Shown piece by piece: positions 37,789 to 48,124 of a stretch of DNA of 64,000 bases. The DNA is taken from the NCBI GenBank assembly GCA_000431795.1, contig FR887371.1, positions 14,837 through 78,836 on the forward strand, in the 5' to 3' direction. The notes under the pieces were generated by a model. The model made no database searches. It saw only the letters and a list, made by a program, of their open reading frames with translations, and was not told the origin of the DNA. The position numbers and the translations under genes were made by a program. Source of the stretch: Clostridium sp. CAG:302 (lineage in GTDB: Bacteria; Bacillota_I; Bacilli_A; RF39; UBA660). Position 1 is the first letter of the stretch; each line of letters begins with the position of its first letter.

Positions 37789-39600
37789 TTACAAATAATA
37801 TTCTTTAATACTTTCTAATAAATAATCATTTTCTTCTTTAGATTTAATAGCTATTCTAATATATTCATTATCATCAAAACCATTTTTACCATTAAGTACT
37901 TTAATTAATATCTTTTTACTATCTAAAAGATATTCTGCTATTTCTTCTGCTTTACCTTTATTTAATTTAATCATAAAATAGTTAGCATCAGATTTATAAA
38001 CATTTAATTCTTTTATTTCTAATAATTTATTATAGAATCTATTTCTTTCTTCTTTTATCTTGTTACATCCAATAACATAATCTTTTTTATAAATAGAAAT
38101 AATTTGTAAAAAGTATTCTGCAAATGAATTAATATTCCATACAGGTAAATTCTTATTAATAATATCCAAATATTTTTTATTACCACTTGCAAGTACTCCA
38201 AGTCTAAGGCCAGGCACACCATAAGATTTACTAATACTCTTAATAACAATCAAATTAGAATATTTATTTAATATATCATCATTGATTAAAGTATAATTAT
38301 CATCAGCAAAGTCAATAAAAGATTCATCAAATATAACTTGTTTATTCTTTTCACTAGCAGTATCTAACAACTTAATAGTTTCATCATAAGTCAAATGAGA
38401 ACCACTAGGATTATCTGGAGATATAACTATCAAAGTATCAACTTTATCTAACACTTTAATTAATTCATCCAAAGATAATCTATAGTCATTATCTTTACTA
38501 TTTATATATAAAATATCATTATCCGGAAAACATCTTACATACTCGTTAAATGATGGAATAGTAAGAGCAATTTTTTTATTAGTAACATATCTTAGATTAT
38601 TAATAAGCTCTGCTGCCCCATTGCCAATTAAAATGTTTTCTTCACTAACATTATCAAACATTCTAGAAGCACATATTCTTTCTATTTTTTGACCAGAAGG
38701 ATAATTAAATAAAAGTTCATTATAAAAATACTTCATTTTATCTATCATTTTATCAGTAGGAAAATAAGGATTAACTAAATAACAATAATCTTTAATACCA
38801 TTAAATCTCCAATATCCGCCAAATCTCTTATGAAATAATTCTAGTTTTTCTCTAGTACTTGGAGCAAATATAGCTTTAGCTATATCATAATCTTGACAAT
38901 CATCTATTTCATACCAATCTTCACCATTTAATTGTAAACCATGTAACTTAGCCTCTTTAAGTCCGCTAATAACCTTTAAAACAAGTTCATAATAATCATT
39001 ATTACCATAAGCTTTAATATAAGATTCTAAAAATGGTAAATAAAATCTTTCACTAAACTCCTTACTAAATTTATAAATATTAACTGTTTTATAGTACTTA
39101 TTTACATCACTATAATCAAAATCTTTCTTTTCTACAAATGAACTAATAGTATCGTCATCATTTAAAGTTACAACAGTACCATCCATCCATTCCTCATATT
39201 TAGCTACAACTGCCGCACTCTCATACTTAGAATTAACTAATTTTTTTACTATAGAAGTATCATATATCAAATCAGATTCCAAGAGTACAGTATCATCTTT
39301 AACCAAATAATCTTTTGCCAAATATAAAGAATATATATTATTAGTAGTATCATATATATCATTATTTATATAAGTAATATTAATTTTCTTATCAAGTTCT
39401 TTTTCTTCAATATATTCTTTTACATTTTCACCTTTATAACCAAGTACAATAATAAAATCTTTAATATCAGCTTCAATTAAAGCATCTATTGCTCTTTCTA
39501 ATAAAGTTTTACCATGTATATTAAGCATACATTTAGTATTATTTTTAGTATATTTACCAAGTCTAGAGCCTTTACCAGCTGCTAACATAATTGCTTGCAT
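37789..39600 (-). CDS. Bifunctional fusion: LicC-like nucleotidyltransferase plus class I/II PLP-dependent aminotransferase/decarboxylase (HisC/CobD-like)
   Basis: The N-terminal MQAIMLAAGKGSRLG is the NTP-transferase signature. The C-terminal half carries VISPDNPSGS, DESFIDF and SISKSYGVPGLRLG (the PLP-lysine motif S.SK..G..G.R.G). Confidence 0.7.
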   Translation of the reverse strand: MQAIMLAAGKGSRLGKYTKNNTKCMLNIHGKTLLERAIDALIEADIKDFIIVLGYKGENVKEYIEEKELDKKINITYINNDIYDTTNNIYSLYLAKDYLVKDDTVLLESDLIYDTSIVKKLVNSKYESAAVVAKYEEWMDGTVVTLNDDDTISSFVEKKDFDYSDVNKYYKTVNIYKFSKEFSERFYLPFLESYIKAYGNNDYYELVLKVISGLKEAKLHGLQLNGEDWYEIDDCQDYDIAKAIFAPSTREKLELFHKRFGGYWRFNGIKDYCYLVNPYFPTDKMIDKMKYFYNELLFNYPSGQKIERICASRMFDNVSEENILIGNGAAELINNLRYVTNKKIALTIPSFNEYVRCFPDNDILYINSKDNDYRLSLDELIKVLDKVDTLIVISPDNPSGSHLTYDETIKLLDTASEKNKQVIFDESFIDFADDNYTLINDDILNKYSNLIVIKSISKSYGVPGLRLGVLASGNKKYLDIINKNLPVWNINSFAEYFLQIISIYKKDYVIGCNKIKEERNRFYNKLLEIKELNVYKSDANYFMIKLNKGKAEEIAEYLLDSKKILIKVLNGKNGFDDNEYIRIAIKSKEENDYLLESIKEYYL

Positions 39601-39683
39601 TTACTTCACATCCTTACATAATCTAAGTTTATCATTATTTTAAATCATAGTCAATTAAATTAAGCAGAAAAAAATGAAGTAAC

Positions 39684-41072
39684 TTACCTCACTTTACATT
39701 TTATTTTAGAACAATTATCAATTGTTTTTCTTCCAACAGAATCATAATATACATTATATTTTTCTACATCGGATAATTTATAACAATTTCTACCATCATA
39801 AATTCTAGGACTTGCCATTAACTCTTCATATCTGGATATATCATATTCTTTAATCATAGGCCATTCAGTCATAATAAGAACAGCATCAGTATCCATAATA
39901 GTACTATCAATATCAGTAAAATAACTAATACTTCCTACTACACCATCATCTTCTAATTTATATGAAATTCTTTTTTTAAAGCTTTCTATTGATATTGGAT
40001 CATAAGCTTTAATTACCGCACCAGCATCCAATAATAATTCAATATTATATATAGAAGGAGCTTCTCTTAAATCATCAGTACCAGGTTTAAAAGTTAAACC
40101 AAGTACAGCTATATTTTTACCTTTTAGATTACCAAAATCACCTAATAACTTTTCATATAATTTAATTTTTTGACTTTCATTAACATCAATACAAGCCTTA
40201 ACAGTTCTAAGTTCTGCACCAACTTGTGAACTCAAATAATGAAGAGCTTTAGTATCTTTGGGAAAACAGCTTCCGCCATAACCTATTCCAGCATTTAAAA
40301 ATTTATTGCCTATTCTAGAATCAAATCCCATTCCCTTTGATACATCTTCAATATTTGCACCAAGCTTCTCACATAAGTTTGCGATTTCATTAATATAAGA
40401 AATTTTTAATGCCAAGAAATCATTAGAAGCATACTTAATCATTTCTGCACTTCTTCTATTCGTAGATAATAAAGGCACATTATATGGTTCTTTAGTTAAT
40501 GGTTCATACATTCTTAGTAATACCTCTTCTGCTTCCTTACATTCAGTACCAATTACAATTCTTGAAGCATAAAGAGTATCCCTCACTGCAGTACCCTGAG
40601 CTAAAAATTCTGGATTACTAGCAACATTAATGTTAATTCCATCTCTAACATTATTTTTTAAGTATCTTTCAACTTCATCATTAGTACCAATAGGTACAGT
40701 AGATTTAACAACCACTACTACATCTTTTTCTACTGATTTAGCAATTTGTTCACACACACCATAAACATAATCTAAATTAGCAGATCCGTCTCTTCTTTCA
40801 GGAGTACCAACGCCTATTATAATAACATCTGCATCTTTATATGCCTTCTTATAATCGGTAGTATAAATAAGCCTATTACTATTTTTTTGCATAAGTTCTT
40901 CTAAACCTTGCTCATAAATAGGACTTATACCACTTCTCATCTTTTCTATTTTCTTTTCATCAATATCAACACAAGTAACATTATGTCCAATATTAGCTAA
41001 TGCCACTCCTGTTACCAACCCTACATATCCTGTTCCAGCTACTGCTATTTTCACTTCTATTACCTCCATCAT
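39684..41072 (-). CDS. ugd: UDP-glucose 6-dehydrogenase
   Basis: IAVAGTGYVGLV Rossmann motif and the catalytic GGSCFPKD motif. Confidence 0.9.
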   Translation of the reverse strand: MMEVIEVKIAVAGTGYVGLVTGVALANIGHNVTCVDIDEKKIEKMRSGISPIYEQGLEELMQKNSNRLIYTTDYKKAYKDADVIIIGVGTPERRDGSANLDYVYGVCEQIAKSVEKDVVVVVKSTVPIGTNDEVERYLKNNVRDGININVASNPEFLAQGTAVRDTLYASRIVIGTECKEAEEVLLRMYEPLTKEPYNVPLLSTNRRSAEMIKYASNDFLALKISYINEIANLCEKLGANIEDVSKGMGFDSRIGNKFLNAGIGYGGSCFPKDTKALHYLSSQVGAELRTVKACIDVNESQKIKLYEKLLGDFGNLKGKNIAVLGLTFKPGTDDLREAPSIYNIELLLDAGAVIKAYDPISIESFKKRISYKLEDDGVVGSISYFTDIDSTIMDTDAVLIMTEWPMIKEYDISRYEELMASPRIYDGRNCYKLSDVEKYNVYYDSVGRKTIDNCSKIKCKVR

Positions 41073-41111
41073 GTATATACATCATAACATTATTTAGCCT
41101 TGAAATCAACC

Positions 41112-42161
41112 CTAATTAATACTTAAATTACCACTAGTAGGATAAATTTGAATATAAGTATTACCATCATTAACAACTAATTCTTCACCACTAGATTTTA
41201 TTTTATATATAGTTTTATCATTTTTACCACTCTTATTCCAAGTAATAGGTATACTATAACCATTAGATACATAATATCCTTCTCCACTACCAACATTATC
41301 TATTTTTTGATATGCACAGTATCCATGATCACAATAATTAGAATAATTAACACTATATATAATAATATTTTTAATCTTATATTGTTCTCCAGTTACTAAA
41401 TCAACATTCTTAGTACCATTCATACTTCTTAAATATACTTTATTATCACTATCATAAGTATAATTAGAAGTTCTATAATCAGAATATTTAATACTAACAT
41501 TATTAGCTATACTACTACCATCTAATTTAGATAAATCTATTTCTTCAGCACTATATTTAAGTAAACTCTTAGTTTCGGTAGTAGTTCTATACTTTCTATT
41601 ACTAGCACCTTCACCTAATAATTTAGTAGAAGTAAATAATTTATGTTCCCAAGCTCTATTTAAAGAAGTATCTCTAAATCCATATTGACCATCAACATCA
41701 ACATCATTAATACCTTCACTAGCAATTCTTTTTAAAGCATCTTCTGCTCCTCCAGCATGACCATATATAGCATCATTTTCATATACATAATCTAAATATT
41801 GTGTTCTAGCGCTTCTAACAGAACCAATCTTATCTACCTCTGTATCTTTAAATAGTGCCATCATTCTCGTAATACCACCTTCAACCATTAATTCATATAC
41901 AATATATGCTTTATCAAGACCAGCTTGTGGCAATGCTCCATTATGGCAATTTATCATAACAGCATAAGGCCTAGTATCACTATCTACATCAATTATACTC
42001 ACCTTTTTTTCTTCTTTTATTTCTTCCTTAATATTATCTTTTTTATCAGGAATTTTTTTATTATTATCAATAACAAAATATACTCCTATGCCAATACCAC
42101 ATAACACGATAACACCAAGTACAATAAATAAAATTAACTTATTATTTTTTCTTTTTCTCAT
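41112..42161 (-). CDS. DUF3048-domain membrane-anchored protein (YerB-like)
   Basis: An N-terminal TM helix, then RPYAVMINCHNGALPQAGLDKAYIVYELMVEGGITRMMALF. Confidence 0.6.
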   Translation of the reverse strand: MRKRKNNKLILFIVLGVIVLCGIGIGVYFVIDNNKKIPDKKDNIKEEIKEEKKVSIIDVDSDTRPYAVMINCHNGALPQAGLDKAYIVYELMVEGGITRMMALFKDTEVDKIGSVRSARTQYLDYVYENDAIYGHAGGAEDALKRIASEGINDVDVDGQYGFRDTSLNRAWEHKLFTSTKLLGEGASNRKYRTTTETKSLLKYSAEEIDLSKLDGSSIANNVSIKYSDYRTSNYTYDSDNKVYLRSMNGTKNVDLVTGEQYKIKNIIIYSVNYSNYCDHGYCAYQKIDNVGSGEGYYVSNGYSIPITWNKSGKNDKTIYKIKSSGEELVVNDGNTYIQIYPTSGNLSIN

Positions 42162-42210
42162 ATTTACCTCCTAACAATAGTATTTTATCTACTTCAAGTA
42201 TAACACATAA

Positions 42211-42240
42211 AAGAAAAAATACAAACTAATTTTTGTATTT
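42211..42240 (-). terminator. Intrinsic terminator downstream of the uronate epimerase gene
   Basis: A 9-bp stem aaatacaaa/tttgtattt followed on the minus strand by tttctttt. Confidence 0.55.
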
Positions 42241-43208
42241 TATTCTTGACTATTATTTTTATACCAATTAATAAAGTTTTCAATTCCTTCTTTAAAGCTA
42301 GTTTTAGGTTCATATCCTAATAGTTTTTTAGCTTTTGATATATCAGCGTATGTTCTATCAACATCACCAGGTTGCATAGGTAAAGTATCAATACTAGGAG
42401 TAACTCCAAGTACATCACCAATAACATTAATCATATCTTTTAAACTAATAGGATTATTACTACCTAAATTAATAATTTCATAGACATTATCATTATTCAT
42501 TACATAATCACAAGACTTGCATATACCATCAACAATATCATCTACATAAGTATAATCTCTCGAAGTATTTCCATCACCATACATTGGAATAGATTTACCA
42601 TCAAGCATTAATCTTGTAAATTTATTAATTGCTAAATCAGGTCTTTGTTTAGGTCCATATACTGTAAAAAATCTAAGCATTATAATATTCATATCATTAA
42701 GTTTATGATAAACATGAGCCATTACTTCATTAGCCTTCTTAGTAGCGGCATAAGGACTAATAGCATAATCAACTATCATGTCTTCTCTAAAAGGAACTTC
42801 CTTACAATTACCATAAACACTACTACTTGATGCCATAACCAAAGATTTAACATTATGTAGTTTAGCCTCTTCAAGAATATTTTGCGTACCAATACCATTA
42901 ACTTCTTGATATAATAAAGGATTTTCAATAGAAGGTCTAACTCCGGCCATCGCAGCAAGATGCATAACAACATCAATATGATTTTCATCAAATACTTTCT
43001 TTACATCTTCTCTATTTCTAATATCTCCCCTATATAATTTATAATTATCATTATTAATAAAATCTTTAATATTCTTTTCTTTAATTTTAGGATCATAATA
43101 ATCACAAAAATTATCAATAGTAACAACCTTATTTCCCTCTTTTAATAATCTTTCAGTAAGCGTAGAGCCAATAAACCCAGCTCCACCTGTAATAAAATAT
43201 GTTTTCAT
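42240..43208 (-). CDS. NAD-dependent UDP-glucuronate 4-epimerase (Cap1J/WbnF-like SDR)
   Basis: Motifs GGAGFIGS, SSSSVYG, YAATKKANE (YxxxK) and RFFTVYGPKQRPDLA. Confidence 0.75.
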   Translation of the reverse strand: MKTYFITGGAGFIGSTLTERLLKEGNKVVTIDNFCDYYDPKIKEKNIKDFINNDNYKLYRGDIRNREDVKKVFDENHIDVVMHLAAMAGVRPSIENPLLYQEVNGIGTQNILEEAKLHNVKSLVMASSSSVYGNCKEVPFREDMIVDYAISPYAATKKANEVMAHVYHKLNDMNIIMLRFFTVYGPKQRPDLAINKFTRLMLDGKSIPMYGDGNTSRDYTYVDDIVDGICKSCDYVMNNDNVYEIINLGSNNPISLKDMINVIGDVLGVTPSIDTLPMQPGDVDRTYADISKAKKLLGYEPKTSFKEGIENFINWYKNNSQE

Positions 43209-44610
43209 TTCTTCTTTCTCCTTTTAGTATTGTTTTTTTATCATTAGTAGTAAGATAATCTATCCAACCATCGGTAGGAATGAAATTTTTATTATATTTT
43301 TCCTCACTATTTATTCCATTTTGATCAATAAATTTATATTCCATTAATGAAGATATTTTAAATTTTTTTAATTTGTATCCCTCATTAATATATTTAATTT
43401 TTTTAGGATCAAACCCCATTATTTTGCAAATAGACCTATCCATATTTAATTGATTAAAGCTAGCTACTATTAGTCCGACTTCTTTATTCGATGGAATAAG
43501 TGGGCCTTCTTTTTCACCAGAAATAATCATATCCGCAACATTAAAAATAATTCTCTTTTTATTATTAGATAAAACACCATTTTTATCAGAATATAATAAT
43601 ATTTTATTTATATCAAGTATAGTTCTCCATATTGTATCATTTCCATACCAACTTCCCTCTTGAAATCTTTCTTTATGAGTTAAAACCATCAATTTATAAA
43701 ATACACCATTTATAAGGTAAATTATTTTGCTATGTGTATAAGAATAATTCTTAGCAACAGAACGACAATATTTAATAAAACTACTTTCTGGATATTCATC
43801 ACCATGACTAGCAACACTACCATTCCTATGATGTGGTAAATACTCTTTTTTACTATTCACACCAACAAAGTTTTTCATAGAGGCAGTGATACCAGCTTTT
43901 CTATGACATTTTGGCTTTGGAACATTAATTATAACATCAGCATCAAGAATATCTTTAGAAATTAAATATTCATGTTTTCCTTGACAATGATGACTATGCA
44001 TATACTTTAAATTGTAATTTGTAATAGCATACTTTTTATAATATTCATCAGTTTCAACCAAAGAACTATTTTCTCCAATATCGACTACAGTACATTCAAT
44101 TTCTGGATTACTATTCTTTCTAAAATCTTTTAATTCAACCTTATAATTAAAATCATTATATTTTTTTATTGCCTCTTCTAAATTATATAACTTTATAACT
44201 TCAGCAAAATTGCATTCTTGTACAGGAGCATCACCAACGATAATACTACCAGTACCATTTAAAGCAATTATTGTATAATCAATAATTGGTCTAATTACAG
44301 AAAAGTTAGTTATTAATGAATCGGTATTACCATCCAAAGATTCATTAATATGTTTCACTAAATTAGGTTTTATCACTACTTTATTATTTTTTTTAATAAA
44401 ATCACCAAAAGGATTCCAATTTTTTTTACCAATATTCCCTTTATCAAGCCCCATTTGAATAAAAAGTCTACGAACACAATCGTATATATTAGAATCACTC
44501 TTAATATCAATGTTTAATCCCTCTGGATACACTGTTGATGGATTAAAAACATTGTCATTACTATATTTATATATTTTTGTATCAACAACATATACATCGT
44601 TATTTTTCAT
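43153..44610 (-). CDS. DUF362-domain protein
   Basis: KVVIKPNLV and KCHRKAGITASMKNFVG match the DUF362 signature. The last 56 nt overlap the epimerase start. Confidence 0.55.
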   Translation of the reverse strand: MKNNDVYVVDTKIYKYSNDNVFNPSTVYPEGLNIDIKSDSNIYDCVRRLFIQMGLDKGNIGKKNWNPFGDFIKKNNKVVIKPNLVKHINESLDGNTDSLITNFSVIRPIIDYTIIALNGTGSIIVGDAPVQECNFAEVIKLYNLEEAIKKYNDFNYKVELKDFRKNSNPEIECTVVDIGENSSLVETDEYYKKYAITNYNLKYMHSHHCQGKHEYLISKDILDADVIINVPKPKCHRKAGITASMKNFVGVNSKKEYLPHHRNGSVASHGDEYPESSFIKYCRSVAKNYSYTHSKIIYLINGVFYKLMVLTHKERFQEGSWYGNDTIWRTILDINKILLYSDKNGVLSNNKKRIIFNVADMIISGEKEGPLIPSNKEVGLIVASFNQLNMDRSICKIMGFDPKKIKYINEGYKLKKFKISSLMEYKFIDQNGINSEEKYNKNFIPTDGWIDYLTTNDKKTILKGERRNENIFYYRWSWVYWLYAY

Positions 44611-46111
44611 TGCTATTTTTCCTTTCCTTAATCATTTTTATTATATCATTAAAATCATTTCTAAATAAGATAATATTAACTAAAAGTACAAAGACTGTAA
44701 TTACTACAATAGTTATAACTGCCAAAATCACCCATTTAATATAAGTATCAATATTAATATTAATACAAAAAATTTGAAATAACATAACTATTAACATTTC
44801 AATAAATGAAACAATTATTATTTTTAAAGAATTAATAAACTTAGTTTCTAATATTTTTGTAGAACCATAGTATATAAACCCAAATGTTCTAATTGGCATA
44901 GATATTAAAGTACCAATAGCAACTCCTACTAAACCATATTTTTTAACTAGTAACACAGAAATTATTATATTAACCACTGGTTCTATAATAGAAAAAATCT
45001 TAGTTTCCTTAAAATGACCCTTAGCATATACAATAGTTGAATATGGATATCTTATAACAAAGAAAAACTCAGCAAAAACTAAAATATAGGCAAAAGTAGG
45101 AATAACATAATTAGCATCAACAAAATTTTTAGTATAAACTGAAACAAAAGGAACTATCAATATTAAAGTTGAAGCAAGCAATATTGTTGTCAATGTATAA
45201 AATATGAAAGAATACAAACTAAACTTATGTCTTACTTGTTCTGAATTCTGCGTAATTAGTGTTTTGCCAAAAAAAGCATCAATACCATTAGTTAAAGAGA
45301 CAATCAAAGCACGAATACCATTCGTAATCAAAGCATAAACTGAATATATTGAAATATTTGTTAAATTACTAAATATAGTTAATAAAATAACATCTATACT
45401 AGATTGCACAGTTGATGCAATATGATGAATTAGTCCATCCCATTGTTTATCAAATTTATAAGTTGAATTATTGTTTATTTTATAATTATACTTTTTGTTA
45501 AAATACATTCGCATTATAATCGGTTTAATTACATATATAATTGAACCTGCTAACTTTACACATTGAATATTACAATTTAGTTTTATCAAAATAACAATAA
45601 CAAGTAGGTTAACAATATAACCAATTGAATTTATATTATCAATAAAATAATTTTTTTGATCGGATTTCAAAAACAAATTATATGTCATTCCTAAATAATA
45701 TTCAGAAAAATATCCAATAGCAATAATTAATATTAATGATACGGTATATAAATATGAATAATTATTATTTATAAATCTTGGATATATGACACAAAGAAAC
45801 GAAATGTATGCTAAAAGAACATATGATATTCTTTTAAAAAATAAATTAGCTTTACCTAATATATTTCCAACCTCTTCTTTATTTTTTTCTACCAAAGGTT
45901 TATAAAGAGCATTTTTTATAACAGGTCCTATACCGCCTTCTAATAAAGAAATATAAGCTAAAAACTGTGCAATCGAAGAAATAAGGCCATTGACTTCAGA
46001 ACCAAATTTTTTTATTATCATTACAGGAACGATAAATCCATATACTATAGTAATTGCCTGATAAATAAACGAAGAAAGAATATTTTTAATTATAGTTTTT
46101 TTATTATTCAT
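44600..46111 (-). CDS. Wzx-type flippase (MOP superfamily), copy 2
   Basis: 503 aa with about 14 TM helices. Confidence 0.65.
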   Translation of the reverse strand: MNNKKTIIKNILSSFIYQAITIVYGFIVPVMIIKKFGSEVNGLISSIAQFLAYISLLEGGIGPVIKNALYKPLVEKNKEEVGNILGKANLFFKRISYVLLAYISFLCVIYPRFINNNYSYLYTVSLILIIAIGYFSEYYLGMTYNLFLKSDQKNYFIDNINSIGYIVNLLVIVILIKLNCNIQCVKLAGSIIYVIKPIIMRMYFNKKYNYKINNNSTYKFDKQWDGLIHHIASTVQSSIDVILLTIFSNLTNISIYSVYALITNGIRALIVSLTNGIDAFFGKTLITQNSEQVRHKFSLYSFIFYTLTTILLASTLILIVPFVSVYTKNFVDANYVIPTFAYILVFAEFFFVIRYPYSTIVYAKGHFKETKIFSIIEPVVNIIISVLLVKKYGLVGVAIGTLISMPIRTFGFIYYGSTKILETKFINSLKIIIVSFIEMLIVMLFQIFCININIDTYIKWVILAVITIVVITVFVLLVNIILFRNDFNDIIKMIKERKNSNEK

Positions 46112-46113
46112 AT

Positions 46114-47085
46114 CTAATCATTCCTTTTAGAAGGTAATTTAATTAAATCACCTATTTTTTTATCCCATTCTAATGGTTTAAACTCCTCATATCCATTTCC
46201 TGGATAAAAAGTCATTTCACCAAAATATAGTTTCCCATTAATTTCATACCAATCAACTCGTACAAAAGGAATATTATCGGACAAAATCTTTGAAAATTTT
46301 AACATTAAGTTATAGTTAAAAGGCTTTTTAATTTCTTTATTTGATGAAGGATAATGTCTTTCAAAAGGTAACTTGTTCCAATCTAAGTCAAAAAAAGTAA
46401 CCTTTAAACCATCTTTATACCGCTCACTACATGTAAAAGATAACTTAGGCTCTCCATCAAAACACATAAACTTATAATCAATTAACTCCTTATTTACATT
46501 ATCTTCCATATATTTTTCGATTATTATTTTAGGCTTAACATTCTTATACGGCCATTCCCTACCACAATAATAATAATTTCTTTTCAAAGAAGCATTGATT
46601 TTTTTTCTTGCAGAAACTATATCAAAATTACTTTTATTTCTACATATTGCTAACCCACCAGAATCATGATTACATTTAATTACAAATTGATTAGGTAATT
46701 TATCAAAATCAATATCATCAAATTTGTCATATACTCCAATTAAAGGTATTAGATATTCTTCACCTATTTTTTCTTTTATATACTCTCTAACTTCATATTT
46801 GTCTACCATCTTAGTATACTCTGGATTTTTATCATAGAGTTTTAACCATTGTAACTTTTCATTAAAAGTTTGTGGATTTTTTAAATTTAATTTATATCCC
46901 ATTTTATATTTAAAATATATCTTCAAATATGTTTTATCAGATAATATTTTTGAAAGTTTACTATTCATTACTCTTAACACAAGTTTTGATGGATTAAGTA
47001 AATAATACTTTAACTTTAACAATTTATTTTTCATTTTTCGCACCCATAAAGTAATCATAATATTTCTTATATATTGTATTAGCAT
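46114..47085 (-). CDS. TupA-like ATP-grasp amidoligase, copy 1
   Basis: NPQTFNEKLQWLKLYDKNPEYTKMVDKYEVREYI...FVIKCNHDSGG...YFGEMTF matches the ATPgrasp_TupA family. The likely true start is the Met at 47034. Confidence 0.75.
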   Translation of the reverse strand: MLIQYIRNIMITLWVRKMKNKLLKLKYYLLNPSKLVLRVMNSKLSKILSDKTYLKIYFKYKMGYKLNLKNPQTFNEKLQWLKLYDKNPEYTKMVDKYEVREYIKEKIGEEYLIPLIGVYDKFDDIDFDKLPNQFVIKCNHDSGGLAICRNKSNFDIVSARKKINASLKRNYYYCGREWPYKNVKPKIIIEKYMEDNVNKELIDYKFMCFDGEPKLSFTCSERYKDGLKVTFFDLDWNKLPFERHYPSSNKEIKKPFNYNLMLKFSKILSDNIPFVRVDWYEINGKLYFGEMTFYPGNGYEEFKPLEWDKKIGDLIKLPSKRND

Positions 47086-48124
47086 CTAGTTTCTTTCTTA
47101 TTTTCATTGCTTCTTTTTCTATATTTTCTCTGACACTATCATTTTCTATTAAGAATAATATTTTTGTCGCCAAAGTTTCGGCATCATCAACAGGTACCAA
47201 CAAACCGTTTTTACCATCAGCAATTAATTCTGACGGTCCGAATTTACAATCAGTAGAAATACAAGCAGTACTTGTAGCCATTGCCTCAATAAGTGCATTG
47301 GGCATCCCTTCATATCTAGAACTTAATACATATATTTTTGACTTTGCAACTTCAAAAATGGCATCTTGATTAGCACCACATAATATTACATTTTCACTTA
47401 AGCCAAGTTTATTTATTAATTCTTGCAATTTATTCTTTTCCAGACCATTGCCAAATATTTTTAATTTATATTCGGGATGTCTATTATATACTTCTTTAAA
47501 TGCATTTATTAATACATCAAAACCTTTTTGTTCATCTAGCCTTCCCATTGCAGTAATTACATTTTCTTTTTTTATTTTTGAATAATCAATTTCATAAACT
47601 TTTTTATTACTAATTGCATTAGGAATTACAACAGACTGTTTTTGAACACTATTTTGATAACATTCTTTAATTCCATTTGTCTGAAAAATAAAACCAGTGC
47701 ATTTTTTAGCAGCATATTTAGATAAGACTTTACTAATATAACTTCTTTCATTTATGTTGGCTCTCTCTGAGCCAATCAATACACATCCCTTTGGTTTAGA
47801 TAATTTTGCATATATTTCAGTTTGATAAAACATAGCAACAACAATTGTAGCATTAAGTTGTTTTAAATTATCTTTACAAAATTTATATCTTTCAATTATA
47901 GCACTGATTCTATTTTTCTTATTATTAATCATACTTACAACATTAATTCTTTTATCTAATTCATATGCATTATCTTTGTTATCAAACTTGATAATACTTA
48001 CATTATCTTCAGTATTGTTAACTATCCAATTACATAAAGAAGATACAACTCTTTCAGCACCACCAAATCCCAAAGAAGACATAATAAATACAATACTATT
48101 TTTTTTCATTTCTTTTACCGCCAA
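47024..48124 (-). CDS. GT4 glycosyltransferase
   Basis: Motifs GGAERVV, GRLDEQKG and SSRYEGMPNALIEAMA. Confidence 0.8.
   Translation of the reverse strand: MAVKEMKKNSIVFIMSSLGFGGAERVVSSLCNWIVNNTEDNVSIIKFDNKDNAYELDKRINVVSMINNKKNRISAIIERYKFCKDNLKQLNATIVVAMFYQTEIYAKLSKPKGCVLIGSERANINERSYISKVLSKYAAKKCTGFIFQTNGIKECYQNSVQKQSVVIPNAISNKKVYEIDYSKIKKENVITAMGRLDEQKGFDVLINAFKEVYNRHPEYKLKIFGNGLEKNKLQELINKLGLSENVILCGANQDAIFEVAKSKIYVLSSRYEGMPNALIEAMATSTACISTDCKFGPSELIADGKNGLLVPVDDAETLATKILFLIENDSVRENIEKEAMKIRKKLDANTIYKKYYDYFMGAKNEK

Noticed and set aside
37789-39600. Interpreting the NTP-transferase/aminotransferase fusion as the CMP-2-aminoethylphosphonate (PntC-AEP transaminase) enzyme
   Set aside because: No PEP mutase or phosphonopyruvate decarboxylase gene is present anywhere in the window. 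The phosphonate route is therefore not supported by context and is kept only as an alternative to test.
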